From NCBI GenBank assembly GCA_964187785.1, contig OZ076414.1, forward strand, positions 60,698,001-60,762,000: a stretch of 64,000 nt of DNA, given 5' to 3'. Shown here in pieces: positions 1-13,000 of the stretch. The stretch's first letter is position 1, and each line of letters starts with the position of its first letter. A program made the translations under genes and the position numbers. This DNA is from Amphiscolops sp. MND2022. Its lineage: Eukaryota. A model generated the notes under the pieces. It was not told the origin of the DNA. It saw only the letters and a list, made by a program, of their open reading frames with translations, and ran no database searches.

Positions 1-715
1 TTATAATGCTCATGAACCCATTTCGGTACAATATGAACAACATGATTTTTTTCTTGAAAAAATTGACCAAAATGGCTACAGCATATGTGCACTTTTTGGA
101 TCAAACTCCCACCCGTTCTTTCCGTACACACGAATTCTTTACGCATTTTTCTTTAGATTACAGCCATCACAGCAAAAGCTCTGTTCTTTATCGAACATAT
201 GGCCGAAAAGATATGGAGTGTTTAATTCACCGTCTGACATTCACAACTTACAACTTTTCGCCCAGTAGACTATTAACCTCAACAGTACACCGAGAAGTTG
301 GAAAATTGAGAAGTTTTTTCAAAGCTTCATTTCTCCACGAATCAAATGCCGGTTGTACTCATAGCTGAAGCTTCATTGAAAAAACTTCTTTATGCGTTTA
401 CAATGGTGGCCTACTGTGTTACTAGAGTGGGACAGTATCTAGGCAAACAATCGCTCAGTTATTGAGAAAATACAAGTTTTTTGAAAAGTATTTTTTTGCA
501 AATTTTCACTTTTTTTCAGTTACTTTTTTGCCGGTGGCTCGGGAAAAAACTTCATTGACACAAATAACTCACCTCCGTTAGTCCAATAGATTGCTGACAA
601 GGACAAGAAAGATAAACCTTCGTTTTCGTACATGTTTTTGGTGTTCCGTAATTTTTTATTGATTGCGAAGAAAATCGCTGTCCTCATTTGAGGACGAAAT
701 AACCGTCAAGGTTAA
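1..715. mobile_element. Non-autonomous DNA element, piggyBac-like terminus; second copy at ~9337-9692
   Basis: About 350 bp shared with 9337-9692. Ends gtcctcatttgaggacgaaataaccgtcaagg|TTAA. The superfamily is inferred from the TTAA end only. Confidence 0.45.
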
Positions 716-825
716 AAGATAGTAAATGGACGACAGTGTTTTTTTTCGGAAATTTCCCACAAAATTACAAACACACACAAACGTCACAACTTGACACACA
801 TAGTAGACCCAGATGATGGCAAGAC

Positions 826-1096
826 TCAGTTGGCTTCCTTTCTGCTTTCTCCACCGCCTTCGTCGTGGTCTGCACTGAGAACCATTTGCAAGATGGCCTT
901 ATGTTGTTCACTCTCTTTGACGTCATCAACCGACTTCTCGCACTTGACGTAGAACAAGATGTAGGCCTGGGTGGCTCTGACGTCATCCTCGGTGCACCTC
1001 TCGGCCTTGGCGTCGTTGAAGTGCATCCAGAAGCGACTGCCCTCGTTCCAGCAGTAGGCCGTGTAGTGTCCAGAGGTGAAGCCACTCCCGTGGTGC
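826..1096 (-). CDS. USP44: USP44/49-like exon 9 (His box, C-terminus, TGA stop)
   Basis: Acceptor cttttcag|G, phase 2. Encodes [30 protein letters not shown]...AQAYILFY-like segment and ends KEAN*. Confidence 0.93.
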
Positions 1097-4000
1097 CTGA
1101 AAAGTCACACTTCAGAGTATATGATTCCGCTGTGATAGTATGATTTTAGCATGATCATACCATGGTGAGTATGTTTGGTCAACCTGGGGAAAAGACCAGT
1201 AACCTAGAGTCTTGTGATGAAAGAATGGAACACTTACTTGCAAAGAAAACCCTCACCTGGAATGATTTCAAGTTGCAATCATCCCAACAGGGGGTTTTGA
1301 AAGTAAAACTGAGGAAGATGAAAGTATCTAAAGCTACGTTTACCTGACGACTGCCCTGAGATTGTAGAGTGCCCCGCTGGTCTTCTTGATATGCTCGCTG
1401 ACGTAATCAGACAGGTCCAGTAAGAAAGGGTAGCTGACGTGGGCGTTGATCTTTTCCCTGCCAGTCCTGCCGAACCAGCGGAACCGCTTGAAGTGCACTG
1501 TCAGCACCAGAGGAAGGCGAGTGAATGCCAGTCGCTTCTCTGCGTCTGTAAGCACCTGTTTGCGTCTCAACCTACAAAATACAGCCGAACTCGAATAAAA
1601 GAAACACGGATAAAAGAAACATTTGGATATAAGAAACGTTTTCACTGCTCCGCTTTTATGCAAGACAGACCTTCTACGTTAATAGGACAACTGATAACAA
1701 GACGGGAACGTCTAAAGTCGACGCTATATCTAAGGCTCAAAAAGCGCAAAGTTTTTGAAACTGTAAAAGGGGGACCCTACGGGCTTTTTGAAAATCCAGT
1801 TTGTTGCAAAATATCAAAAAATTGAAGGAGGGACCCTTAGAGACATTTTAAAAAAATCGAAAAATTTTTTGAAAAAATTTTCGAAAAAACGAAAAATTTT
1901 GAAACATAGTGTCGAAAAACTAGGAAGGGGAGACCCTTTGAGCTTTTTGAAACTTCAGTTTGCTGCAAAATATCAAAAAACTTGAAGGGTGACCCTTTGG
2001 CGACAAAAACAATCGAAAAAAAGTCGCACAGTGCCGAAAAAATTCAAAGGGGAGACCATGTAGTCCCGTCCGGTTTTGTATCTTTCGTTAAAAATTGAGT
2101 ACACGAAAGGGGGCACCCTTTGCACTAACTTAGATGCGTTTCCGCTTGCCGGTCCAGTAGTTTAGTAGTTCTGTAAAAAATGTCCACTACGCATACATTC
2201 TGTTGTCTGACGAAAAAAAACTTGCCACTGTAGTAGTCGGGCTCATTTTGATAAAATGCGCGACTAAAAAAACTATCGATAGAAGAAACTCTTTTCTTAC
2301 CGCCCTATGAGTTTCTTTTATTCGAGCTTGACTGTAAAGTAGAATAGTTTATTTATTCCGAAAACTTTAAAAAAATCTGAGTTTAGATTCAACTAATCAT
2401 ACACTTGATATCTGATTACCTGATTAACGTGTGCGTTTCTTTCAACTTTGTCAATTTTTCTAATTCATACGTACACTACCTCTCATAATGGATTTTCAGT
2501 TTTCATTTTATGGTGGGAATTTAGTGTTTTTTAAAGAACAAACGTTATAGTAATTTCTCAAGACAAAACAGCTTTTCAGCTCGTCGAGCTTTTGCCCATG
2601 AGAACCAAGTTCCTGTGAACATGACAGTCTTTATTCATTTCCCTATCCGTTTTGTGGAATTAGAGAGAATAGTTCGAATAGTTCCTTTTCATTTATGTGT
2701 CTTACAACTTTATTGACTTGTTGCGCACTGAGGTAGTATATCAAAAATGGTGGATATGGTGATTGAATATTTCATACTTCTTAGCTGGTCTCACTTTATA
2801 CATTTTATACAACTACTATCACTTACTAGAGAAAAACGCATTTAATTAACAAAAGCACAGCTTTCGTCTCAGTTTTACAAATCAGGTTGATGATGCTCTG
2901 GTAACTTTAACGTGTAAACGCGTCGTCGCTGAGATCCGATTATTGAAGGTCAAAGAAATTGTTCAAAAATTGAGTTTCTCTTCAGTCCAAGAAATCAGTT
3001 TTGAGGGATGTCCGATTGAATTTTCAACAAAACCAAATTTTTTAAAATCCTGTTAAATGCCGCAACAAACCGCTAGATCTTTTCTAAGAAGTCTTTTTTA
3101 GTCCAACTGAAACAACGATCATTTAGAAAAACGATTAATCAAATAGTGTAATGAGTATCGAAACGTAATGAGTATTCAAAATAATAACGCGTTGTTATTG
3201 GCTATTCATCTAACTAGCAAGATCTGTTCGATTCAGCTCATGTATCGTAATGTCGTTGTTTCAGGTTCATAAACATATTCTTCTCGCTTTCTGACAAAAT
3301 TTCCCTCAAAATCTATGTAAAACTTCATAAATCCTTTGCAGATTTCGCCAGTGAGAGTGAAAAAAAAAACAAAATATTCCAAAAAATGGAATTCCAATGC
3401 CAAAACAAAAATGATCTCATTTCGGGCGTTCATACCAGTTCAAAAATATTAAATTTTCTCAACCCAGTAAACAAACAGAAATTCAAGTGTTTCACAAAAA
3501 TGAGAACTCAGGATGACTTTTATGATGACAATCCATAATTTGTCGTTGGTTCAACTGTATGGTGTAAATTTATATCATATCATGTACCACGTCTTGTATT
3601 TGCTGAAATATTGCCGCAATCTATTTACTCTGATCTCCATGGCCTATGTCTTTTCCACTTGATTCTCTTGAATCAATTTGACATTCAGAACAATGAACAT
3701 GTGGACAAAGTTAAGGGAGCAAGAACAAGACAGAAATGTAGAGGTAATTTTGTGGTTAAAGAATACAGACTAAAGAAAACAAATGAAAACTCATGGTACA
3801 GAGAGAGCAGTTTGTTTATGCAGTCCAATCAGCAAAAAGGTGAACTTTGGAGGACAAAGTCAAATCACTGAAGAGCAAGCTCACAACTTTACTGGGGCTT
3901 CTTGGATCAACACTACAACGAAAACAACTTTTGTGTTTGGTGAAATTCTATCTTTGTGTTGAAACTGCAACCCAGAAGCAAAACTGAAGGAACTCAAACT

Positions 4001-7000
4001 GAAGGGATTGATATCCATTGGGTTTGAACCCCTAAATACTGTACTTCTAAAACTACACATCTTTCGATGGAAGTGAAATAGATTCAGACAGTTCCTGATG
4101 AGACAGACACGTTCGATGATGAAAACGTCCCTCCTACAACGAGGAGTGCCAAGTTCGAGAAACAATGGAGGTCAGAGAGAGCGGATAACATATCCGCGAA
4201 CGTGGTCAAAATTGTATATTTGCAAAAAAGTCATTATATCTTTAATGGTATTGGCTAAACAGTTATCTTCAGAAAGAAACCATGCAACAAACCCTTGTTT
4301 GTCTTCTACGCATTGAGGGCAAAATCGAACAGTCGAGATGTGCGCATAACAACTGCGAAGCGCGACGGACAAAAAAATGTTAATTCAAACCAATTGTTAT
4401 TGAACCAAACCGAATGATGCCGAATGACGATTAAGAAAATTTTGTTATTGTTTATTTCTCCTCTTCATGTGATACAACCCTTCAAAAACAAAACTGTTGA
4501 AGTCACGTCAATCTAAATAAAATTTGCTTTCGTATTTTACGCAGTCATAATTACTTGGCACCACATCCAGACGAGTCACAAATCCAGCAAAGAGACGATG
4601 GAAGAGATCTTGACATTGAGTAAAGCACCATCTTTGTACGAACGAAAAATCAGGCATTCATGTACATGTATCTGGGATCAATAATCACCCAGTCGTTGCG
4701 ACGCTCATTGACGGCAACTACAAGCAATTTGAAGGTTACAAGTGAACCGAGCACGAACTGACAGAAAACCGTAGTTTCAAGCTCGTACTTATTCACTGAA
4801 AGTAAAACTAAACTATGATTTCGAGCGAAAATGTAAATCCAAGATGCTAACTAATCTTGTCCACAAATATCAATGTTATATATTAGTTTCATTTGAATAA
4901 CAGCATCTAATGCACTTTGTTCTTGAAATTTGATCCATGAACAATGGACACTCTTGGTGATAAATGGTAAAAGTAAGAAGTACCTCCAACGCGAAAGCGA
5001 TCTAAAACCCTTGCTGGTCCAATTATTTCCAGAGTACTACGATAGTCCTCGTGACATCGCCACACACGGACAATTCATGATGGACAATGTGCACTTTTGT
5101 GACTATGGCGCCTATTATGCCTCCCGCTTGTTAAACATAAGAATAAATTGTTATCTGATAGGCTTTTTTGTTTGTTCAACTGTTTGAGTTTATATCAAAA
5201 TGAAAACGAACTGATGGCGGCCGTGAGTTCTAGACCTGATGTTGATTCTACGTGCAATGACGCAGACAGCCCCATCAAAAATGGTCCGTTGGACCCACAG
5301 TATCGTCCGAAAAAGAGACCCGTCTTCAAGATTGCGTGGCACCACCCAAGACAATCACAAACCAGCAAATGTACGATGGAAAATGTCTTGACATCTCGAC
5401 ATTACCGAGCAAAGTACCATCGTCGTACGGGTAAAACATCGGTCATTTATGTACATATACCGTCAATTTTCACCCAGACGTTGCGACATTCATTGACGGC
5501 AACAAAAACCAGTATGAAGGTTATCAGTGAAGTGAGCTCGAACTAACGGAAAACCGTGTCTGTTTAAGCGTGTACTTATTCACTGAAGGCGAAACTACAA
5601 TTTCGAGCGAAAATGTTCCCAGATGGCAAATTACGTTCTGCACAAAAATCAATGTTTATCATCGCAATCTAATTCGAATAACACCGCATATCATGCAGCA
5701 CTGGCTGTGGTGGATGCAACTTGTAATAGAACACTTTTTTCATGAACTTTTATCCATGAACAATCAATCGACATTCTAGGTGCTAGATAAAAATAGTTTG
5801 AAGTCTCCTACGTAAAAACCATCTAAAAATTCCATTTTCAATCAGATCCCTCATCTTTCTAGTGCAACAATTTTTGCGGTAGATTCATTGCCATGTCAGT
5901 GATATGGATAAGTTCCTTGCAATTCGTATTCAACAACCGGCGAACGTCTAACTGAAAATTAAAGCATAGGCATTTTGGAGTCACAGAAAACAGCTCGAAA
6001 AAAGTGTAGAAACATCGGAGGCGTGCATCGGAAAAAGTGTTTAGTCTGAGCATTTTCAGACAATATGTGCCAGGCATTGTTTTATTTAATTAATTTTTTT
6101 TTCCAAAATAGGGCGCTCCAACCTGAGGAGGTGCATAGCGCACTTCTCCCAAAAATTCATTTCTCCGTGAATATATGGGTCTTGAGCGAATACTTCGCTT
6201 GTGAGCGTTGCGGTTCGATTGATTGTTTTTTCACTAGCGATACCCACTGGTGCTCAGTAAGTGGCTTGCGAGTGAGATGTCTAGCCAAACTAAGGTCAAT
6301 CTTTTCTGAGGGATGAATGATCTTGGGAAACACCCATTCAAACAATACTGAAGGCGCAGACACAGGAAGACGTAGTTGAGAGTTTGTTAGATCTCAACAC
6401 TTTTTTGGGACAGAGAAATTGTGATACGCAATAGCATATATTTGGGCTTCTTTATATATTGCCGCACACGGACATTTCCTGGTGGATCATGTGCTTCTTT
6501 AAGACTTCGGCGCCAATCATGTCGCGTGCTTGTTTAGCAAGACAGTAAATTCTGTTATCTGATAAGCTTTTTTGTTTGTTCAACTGTTTGAGTTTATCAT
6601 CAAAATAACGAACTGATGGCACCCATGTGTTCTGGACCTGATCTTTAATTCTACGTAGAAAGATGCAAACACACATCCTATCGAAGAGAGAGGGTCCTTT
6701 GGACCCCAGAGTACCACCTGAAGAAAAGACCCCTCGTCATTGAAGTTAGTTCTTTTCCTAGTTCTAGTTGGTAATGCAAACAACTGATAATTCAAGTACT
6801 TCTAAATCGAACTTCCGTTGCCCAGTAACAACGTTCAATGGAACATCAAAGTGTTTCCGAACTTTTGTGGCAGCGCATTTTGACTGTACTTACAAAAGAA
6901 ATCGGAAAAACCATGCTTGAGAAGGACCAAATTTCAATGTTGAGAAAAACCTTCAAGTTTCCTTCTGGTGTTGTCTTTTTAACCGAAGTTTGTTGGAATC

Positions 7001-10000
7001 AGTGACTTGATATATCTTTTCGGTTTCAGAAGAATTCTCGTGGAATCGTTTTTGACGTCCAAGCTTGTTTGCAACTGGTGCAGATTCTCCCTGAGCGTCC
7101 GACGGCTTCCGAATACATTATCTCTATGGAAAACGACTAGCTAAAACTGGAACTGATGTCTCGGTATTTCTATAAAAAATAGTTTTTAAAGAAATTTCTA
7201 TTCAAGTATCTTTTAGTTTCTGTCAGAACAGGATTCCGAGATAAGTCGGCGTTTTCATAGGGGAAACGAATTCTTGTTTAAAAATTCCATAGGTTGCAGG
7301 GGCTTTTTAAACGTTTTGATAGGAAATTTTTTTCCATGTAAAAAGTTCATGAAGGCCCATCAGGGCTTGCTTTTAACTAGACCAACTTTTTATGTTTGTA
7401 AAACAGGAATTTATATAGCTTCTACAAGGAATGAGAAACTTTGTGGTAGTTTCCACCGCACTTAACATCCTCAATTGTGAATGATGTTCTTCAACAGTAC
7501 TGATTGAGACTACATAGCATTGATACTTACTATAACAGGACCGTGCGGAATGAAACCACAAATGAGTTCTCTTGATTAGCTTGTATGTGCCCATAGTACA
7601 GAGGGGGCGTGTCGGTAAAAATGAGTCATTAAAAATAAAAAGAGTTCAGTGTCCGAACGCAGCAAGCTGCAGAGCCTCCTTACAGTGTCATTAACGGTCC
7701 CATGGTATTGTATGTACTGGCACACCTACCTTTGATTGGATTTGCAGAACTCACAACTGTAAACTCGACCCAGCGACTCAGTGTTTGTGAACTGTGACAA
7801 CATCTCATACAGGTCACAAGAGTCCATCTTGGAACACCTGTCGCTCTGGAACCTCTCCGGGAACTCCAGAGGCAGATCTGAGAAGGGTTCCAGCACTCTG
7901 TTCTCAGAATTGCACTTCAGACAGTTGACTTGGCTCTCTATTTCTCCGTAGAATATTCTCTCGTAAAGCCGCTTCCTGTTGGGAACATAGTCTTCCAGTT
8001 CGCGCTCGATTCTGTCGAGAAAGACCTGAAGGAATTCTTGGGCGTCTTGTTGGGCGTGGCCCCGTAAAAAGGGGATGGTCTTCCACACACTGCGCGATAC
8101 AGGAATATTTCAAAACCATCTTTATAAATTCATTATACCATTAGCTGTAGGACGCAAGCAATTATCTTTCATTTTGAATTTCTTTCTTGAATCTCTACAA
8201 ATGATTGAAAAGTTGAAAATTTTCTATTTTCTTCAGTTTTGAACTCAATCCAATGTATTTTCAGCAACAATGGCTCCCAATTCTACCAAACAAACGTCAA
8301 TGAGTTTGAGAACTTTCAAAACTTAATGAGAAGCTATGGAACCCGAAACGCAAATTTGGAATCGTTCATGAAGCCGAAGAGCAAATTTAGACGAAATCAA
8401 AGTGAATGTAGTTTTAAAAATAATTCAAAGGCATCTGATGTTTTCGAAACTGAAACTAGTTCCACTCTTCCTCACAGCAATGATCAAATCTATCGCATTG
8501 TAAAAAATTAATTTTCTAACTTTTCAGACTCAGTACCTCTTGTAAATGAATATTTCGCAATGGGAAATTAGATTTTTCCGGATCACTCAAATGTGAAGTG
8601 AACACTGTAACATTCCTGTGGAGCAGCCCAAAAGGAGCCACCAAGTGGTGTTTGCCGGCCCACATGACACGAAGCAGGGCGTGCAGCTCTTCGGCTAGCA
8701 TGACGTCATTGCTCTCGTTGTCGTCTATCTCCGAGTTGGCTTCGGATATCTCGGAGGCATCCACGGGAGTACACGAAGGAGTACTACTGCTACTACCGTT
8801 GTTGTTACTCGGCGTCGTTCCTTGTTTGGAGGAGGAGGAGGAAACATGGCTGTTGTTTGAGATACTTGAACCACCTTCAAACAACAGTGATGTACATTTG
8901 GAACATTTGTTTCACCATTGGTTTAAAAATGGTTTGTTAAACTTTTTTAACAATTAATCAATCTGTTAAACAGATTCGGTTTCGAAACCTAATTTTCTAG
9001 CCATTGAAAATAAAACTTTTGTCAATTTTATGTTCAAAACTCAAAGTCCCAAACACAAAATTCAGAGGTGGTTGAGGAGTTCAAGTAAGGCCAGGCTGTC
9101 ATGCCTAGTTTCCGCACCTTTTCTGAAATTCCAACCACTCATCCGATTGTTTTCAAAAACTTTGAGGAAATGGTCACAAAAGTAAACCCTAATGCGAAAA
9201 AAGTTGGTAAAAAATTAGATTCATGGTAAAAAATGGTTCAACAGATTCGGTTTTAAAATTTGTCAATCGGTTATTTTTAAAAAAAAATTAGTTGAAAAGA
9301 TTTACCACAACATCACTGTCAAACAAGTGTTGTGCATGAATCGAATGCCGGTTGTACTCATAGCTGAAGCTTCATTGAAAAAACTTTGTATGCGTTTTCA
9401 ATGGTGACCTACTGTGTTACTAGAGTGGGAAAGTAAGTTAGCAAACAGTTGCTCAGTTCTTAAAAAAGCACATTTTTTGGAATGTATTTTTTGCAAATGA
9501 TCATATTTTTTCAGTTATTTTTTTGCGGGTGGCTCCGAAAAAACTATATTGACACAAATAACAACTAACCTGTTAGTCCAATAGCTTGTCGATGAAAAAG
9601 ACAATTTTTCGTTTCCCATTTTTTGTGTTTCCTATTTTTTTATTGATTGCGAAAAAAATCGCTGTCCTCACTTGAGGACGAAATCACTGTCAACAATAAC
9701 CTAAATTAACATACCGATGTTTTCAAGCAGTCTACTTTTTTTCAACTTCTGTCGTTTTGTCAGTAGCTTATATTCTTCAGCACAGTTTTCATGTATTATG
9801 TTGGTACCGTGTTTGATTTTAACGGCACAAACATTAGAGTAGAAAGAGAATTTTTCCTTAATACAAGTTCCACCCAAGATTTTATGCGGTGAGAAAAATA
9901 CTAACCCTTGTGTCCATTTTTCTACTCATGAAATCGAGCGATGGTTCCGCTTTAAGATTACCACCACATGTACCGTTCTTGCATCTTAAAACCTATTCAC

Positions 10001-13000
10001 ATATTCGTATCAAAATTTGCGTGGAAAAGCGTTGAAACGGGCGCGCTTCAGTGAAAGACGACCCCTTCGGCTCAAAAGAGGTGTTTCCCCAACTGAAACC
10101 ATAAAAAACTTCAAGGAGGGAACATTTGGTGAAGAAGAAAGTTTCGAAAAAAATCACAGTGCCCAAAAAAGAACCAAGACATATGGTCTCGTGCAGCTTT
10201 GTAGAAATTTTGCCCCTCTGGGGCTCTAACAATTCTTGTTAAATATCTAAAACTATAAATTTTTAGTTTCACAGTTTTTCCTGATTATATCGCATTGAGA
10301 GAACTCTGGACAGATTTCTCAAATTAATAATAACAATTTACGAACATTGCAACAAAATTGCAAAAGAACATTGCAAAAAGTAAGAGCAGCTAACAGCACA
10401 AAACGGATGAGAAATTGTTATAAAAAATCAACTTTCCCGGGATTAAATTTGAAAATGTACAACACTGCGAACCTTCTAAACCATTGCATGTCTTCCTGCT
10501 GATTCTCTGGTAGCACTCCGAGGTCGACAAACGCTTCGTTCTGGGCTTCAAAGTTTCTGGCGAAGGTGGACTGCGAAATGAAACATTGTTTGATGGATAA
10601 TCAGTGGCTGAAGGTTGTTTTTCATCGCTGGCTGTTGTTGACACATCTGATGGAAAATTTATTTCACAACACAGTTTATCAAAAATATTTTCAGGTCGTT
10701 TGTCGAACTCTTCCAACTTCGGTCTCATCGGAGATCCCGGAGGCGAAGAGAAACCTGGCGTCATAGAGTGTTAGCAATTCATCTTTGAAAACAACTTACA
10801 ATTTTGTTGCGACTCAAACAGCGGCTATTCCGACAATTTGTCATTTGATCAAATCAATTAGCTTTTCAAATGTCGGCAGAAGCTTTAACTACTTGGAGAA
10901 CCTGGATTTGCTTCATGCAACAAGCCGGTTGCAGGCTTGACTATGTCTAGGGCTCAAAAATATGAGGACCGAAACAAAACAAAACGAAAAAAATTCATGA
11001 AAATTCAATTTCAACTCATTTCGATGGATTTTATTCGAGAAAAAAATCTGTCTGCCTTTCTAGCAAGAAATCTCTCATTGTAACCACTAAGCTATCCCTG
11101 GTTACAGTAATCTCGCAGATTGAAAAAAAAACTTTCGGTGAACCATTTTGGTAAAGTCCGTCGGATTGATAAAAACCAGCTTTATATAGCTCAGACTAAA
11201 AATAATAAGTCGGGAACGGCCCAAGTCGGCGTCATATCTAAGGCTCAAAAATATTCAAGGAACAACTATTGTGAAATTTTTCAATTATCACGCAGTGCCG
11301 AAAAATACCCAAAAAATTTCCCGAAACTCGAAAACAGCTTTCTTTCTGAACTGGAAACATCAGAAAAAAACGAACTTGCCTTTGAAAAAATATTTCAAAA
11401 AAAGTATTTGGTTAGAAAAGTAGCATATTGCCGAAAAACCCAAAGAGAGACCCTTTAGGCTCTTAAAACGTTTCTTACAAACCGAAAACTCCAATGAAAG
11501 TCAAGGGGTACCCTTTAGAAGAATTCAAAAATTTTCCGAAAAAAGTCGTTTGATCTCCCCTCTACTGTGGGAAGCACAAGAAAATTTTGTGGTTTAGTGC
11601 GAGACTCGAACCCACGCTCTCCTGCTTCTGAGACCCCAGAAAAATAGCCGGCCAAAAAGTTGAACAAATGAATAAAAAATGTGGACCGATCGCATCGAAC
11701 TAAAGAAAAAAACTAGCCACTGTAAGCGAAGCGTTTCAAGTTATAACAAAGTTCACCTAGAATAAATTAATCGCAACTAACTGATTTAGTTTTGTTTGTA
11801 TTTTGTACGCCTGAGGGCAACAAAATAATAAATTTTTTACTTCTTGCTAACACTGATATGTTCACCTGATATGTTGAGACGTAGAAAAAAGTCTGTGAAG
11901 GGTAAAAGGTGGCCCAAAACTTGAAGTATGGAGTTGAGATAGCACGTGTTGCCGAGGTTGCGGAGGCCGAGGACGCCAGGGGTTAAAGCTAATTTGGGTC
12001 GTTTTTTCTGAGGTCGAGTGGCTTGCGAGCTGGCAGCAGCACTAGAAGTAGAGCTAGCCATGGCACAGGGCGGGCGTGTACATAACACTTTATTGATGAT
12101 CAAAACCTCGAAAACAAACCCGGGAACGACCCGAACCTGCGCTTGGTTTCAATTTTAAAAATCCTTTTCGAAAATCGTTTGGGGCTCAGTTTTGAGAAAA
12201 CTCTAACGGAGGAATGAAGTAAAAAAAGAATATTTTGAAACAAAAAATGTTTGAAAAAATTTCAGTACCAAATAATATTCAAAGAGAGCCATTTCGCCAC
12301 AGCTATTTTTGAAGGGCTATTTTACTCAGATAATTGGGGAAAATAGCACATCTATCGCTGAGATCTCTTAAATGACTGACAACCAGTGATGATGTTGAAT
12401 TTTTATAACCATCGGTTAATAATTTAACCAATGAGAAGTTTTAAACAGAATTTTTTTTTCAACTTTATGATTATTTAACTCATTATTCAACAAATTAATA
12501 ATCTGAACTATAATTTTATTATAATATTAATTATCTGAAAGTGAAAGTCGTTGCTTTGATGCCTCAATTTACAATGTGAATTTAGTACATCTAACATCAC
12601 TAATAAATCTGTTAAAAACACCCCGAATTTAACCAATTTGGTCTAACAGATCTGTTAATTGTTAAATGCATTTAACAAATCATTTATTTAACAGATCTGT
12701 TAAACCAATGGTCAAATAATTTGTTAAATTGGTCATCATTGCTGATAACGTTTCCTCACCAAATATAGAAAATTCACAATTCGACGACGGAAGTGTTTGT
12801 GCGAGCATGAAGCACGCATGTTTAGAAGTTTGATCATGCCCACCCTGTGAGAGAAGAAGTTCGAGATGTGACGTCATCGCTTTCAGACGCACGTTTGCGC
12901 TTCTTTTTAAGTAGTTCTGCGAGTTTGCTGGACTTGGGGGACACGGGACTGGGCAGAGGTCGACCAGGGTTAGATTTGATCCACGATCGCTTGTGTTTTT

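Noticed and set aside
655-660. TE-donated AATAAA as the USP poly(A) signal
   Set aside because: The hexamer is common in AT-rich DNA and no transcript-end evidence is available.
8516-8615. Read-through of USP exon 6 to a canonical GT donor
   Set aside because: The phase-0 GT sites frameshift exon 7, and the one phase-compatible GT-AG pair inserts about 20 residues into the conserved LHSVW helix.
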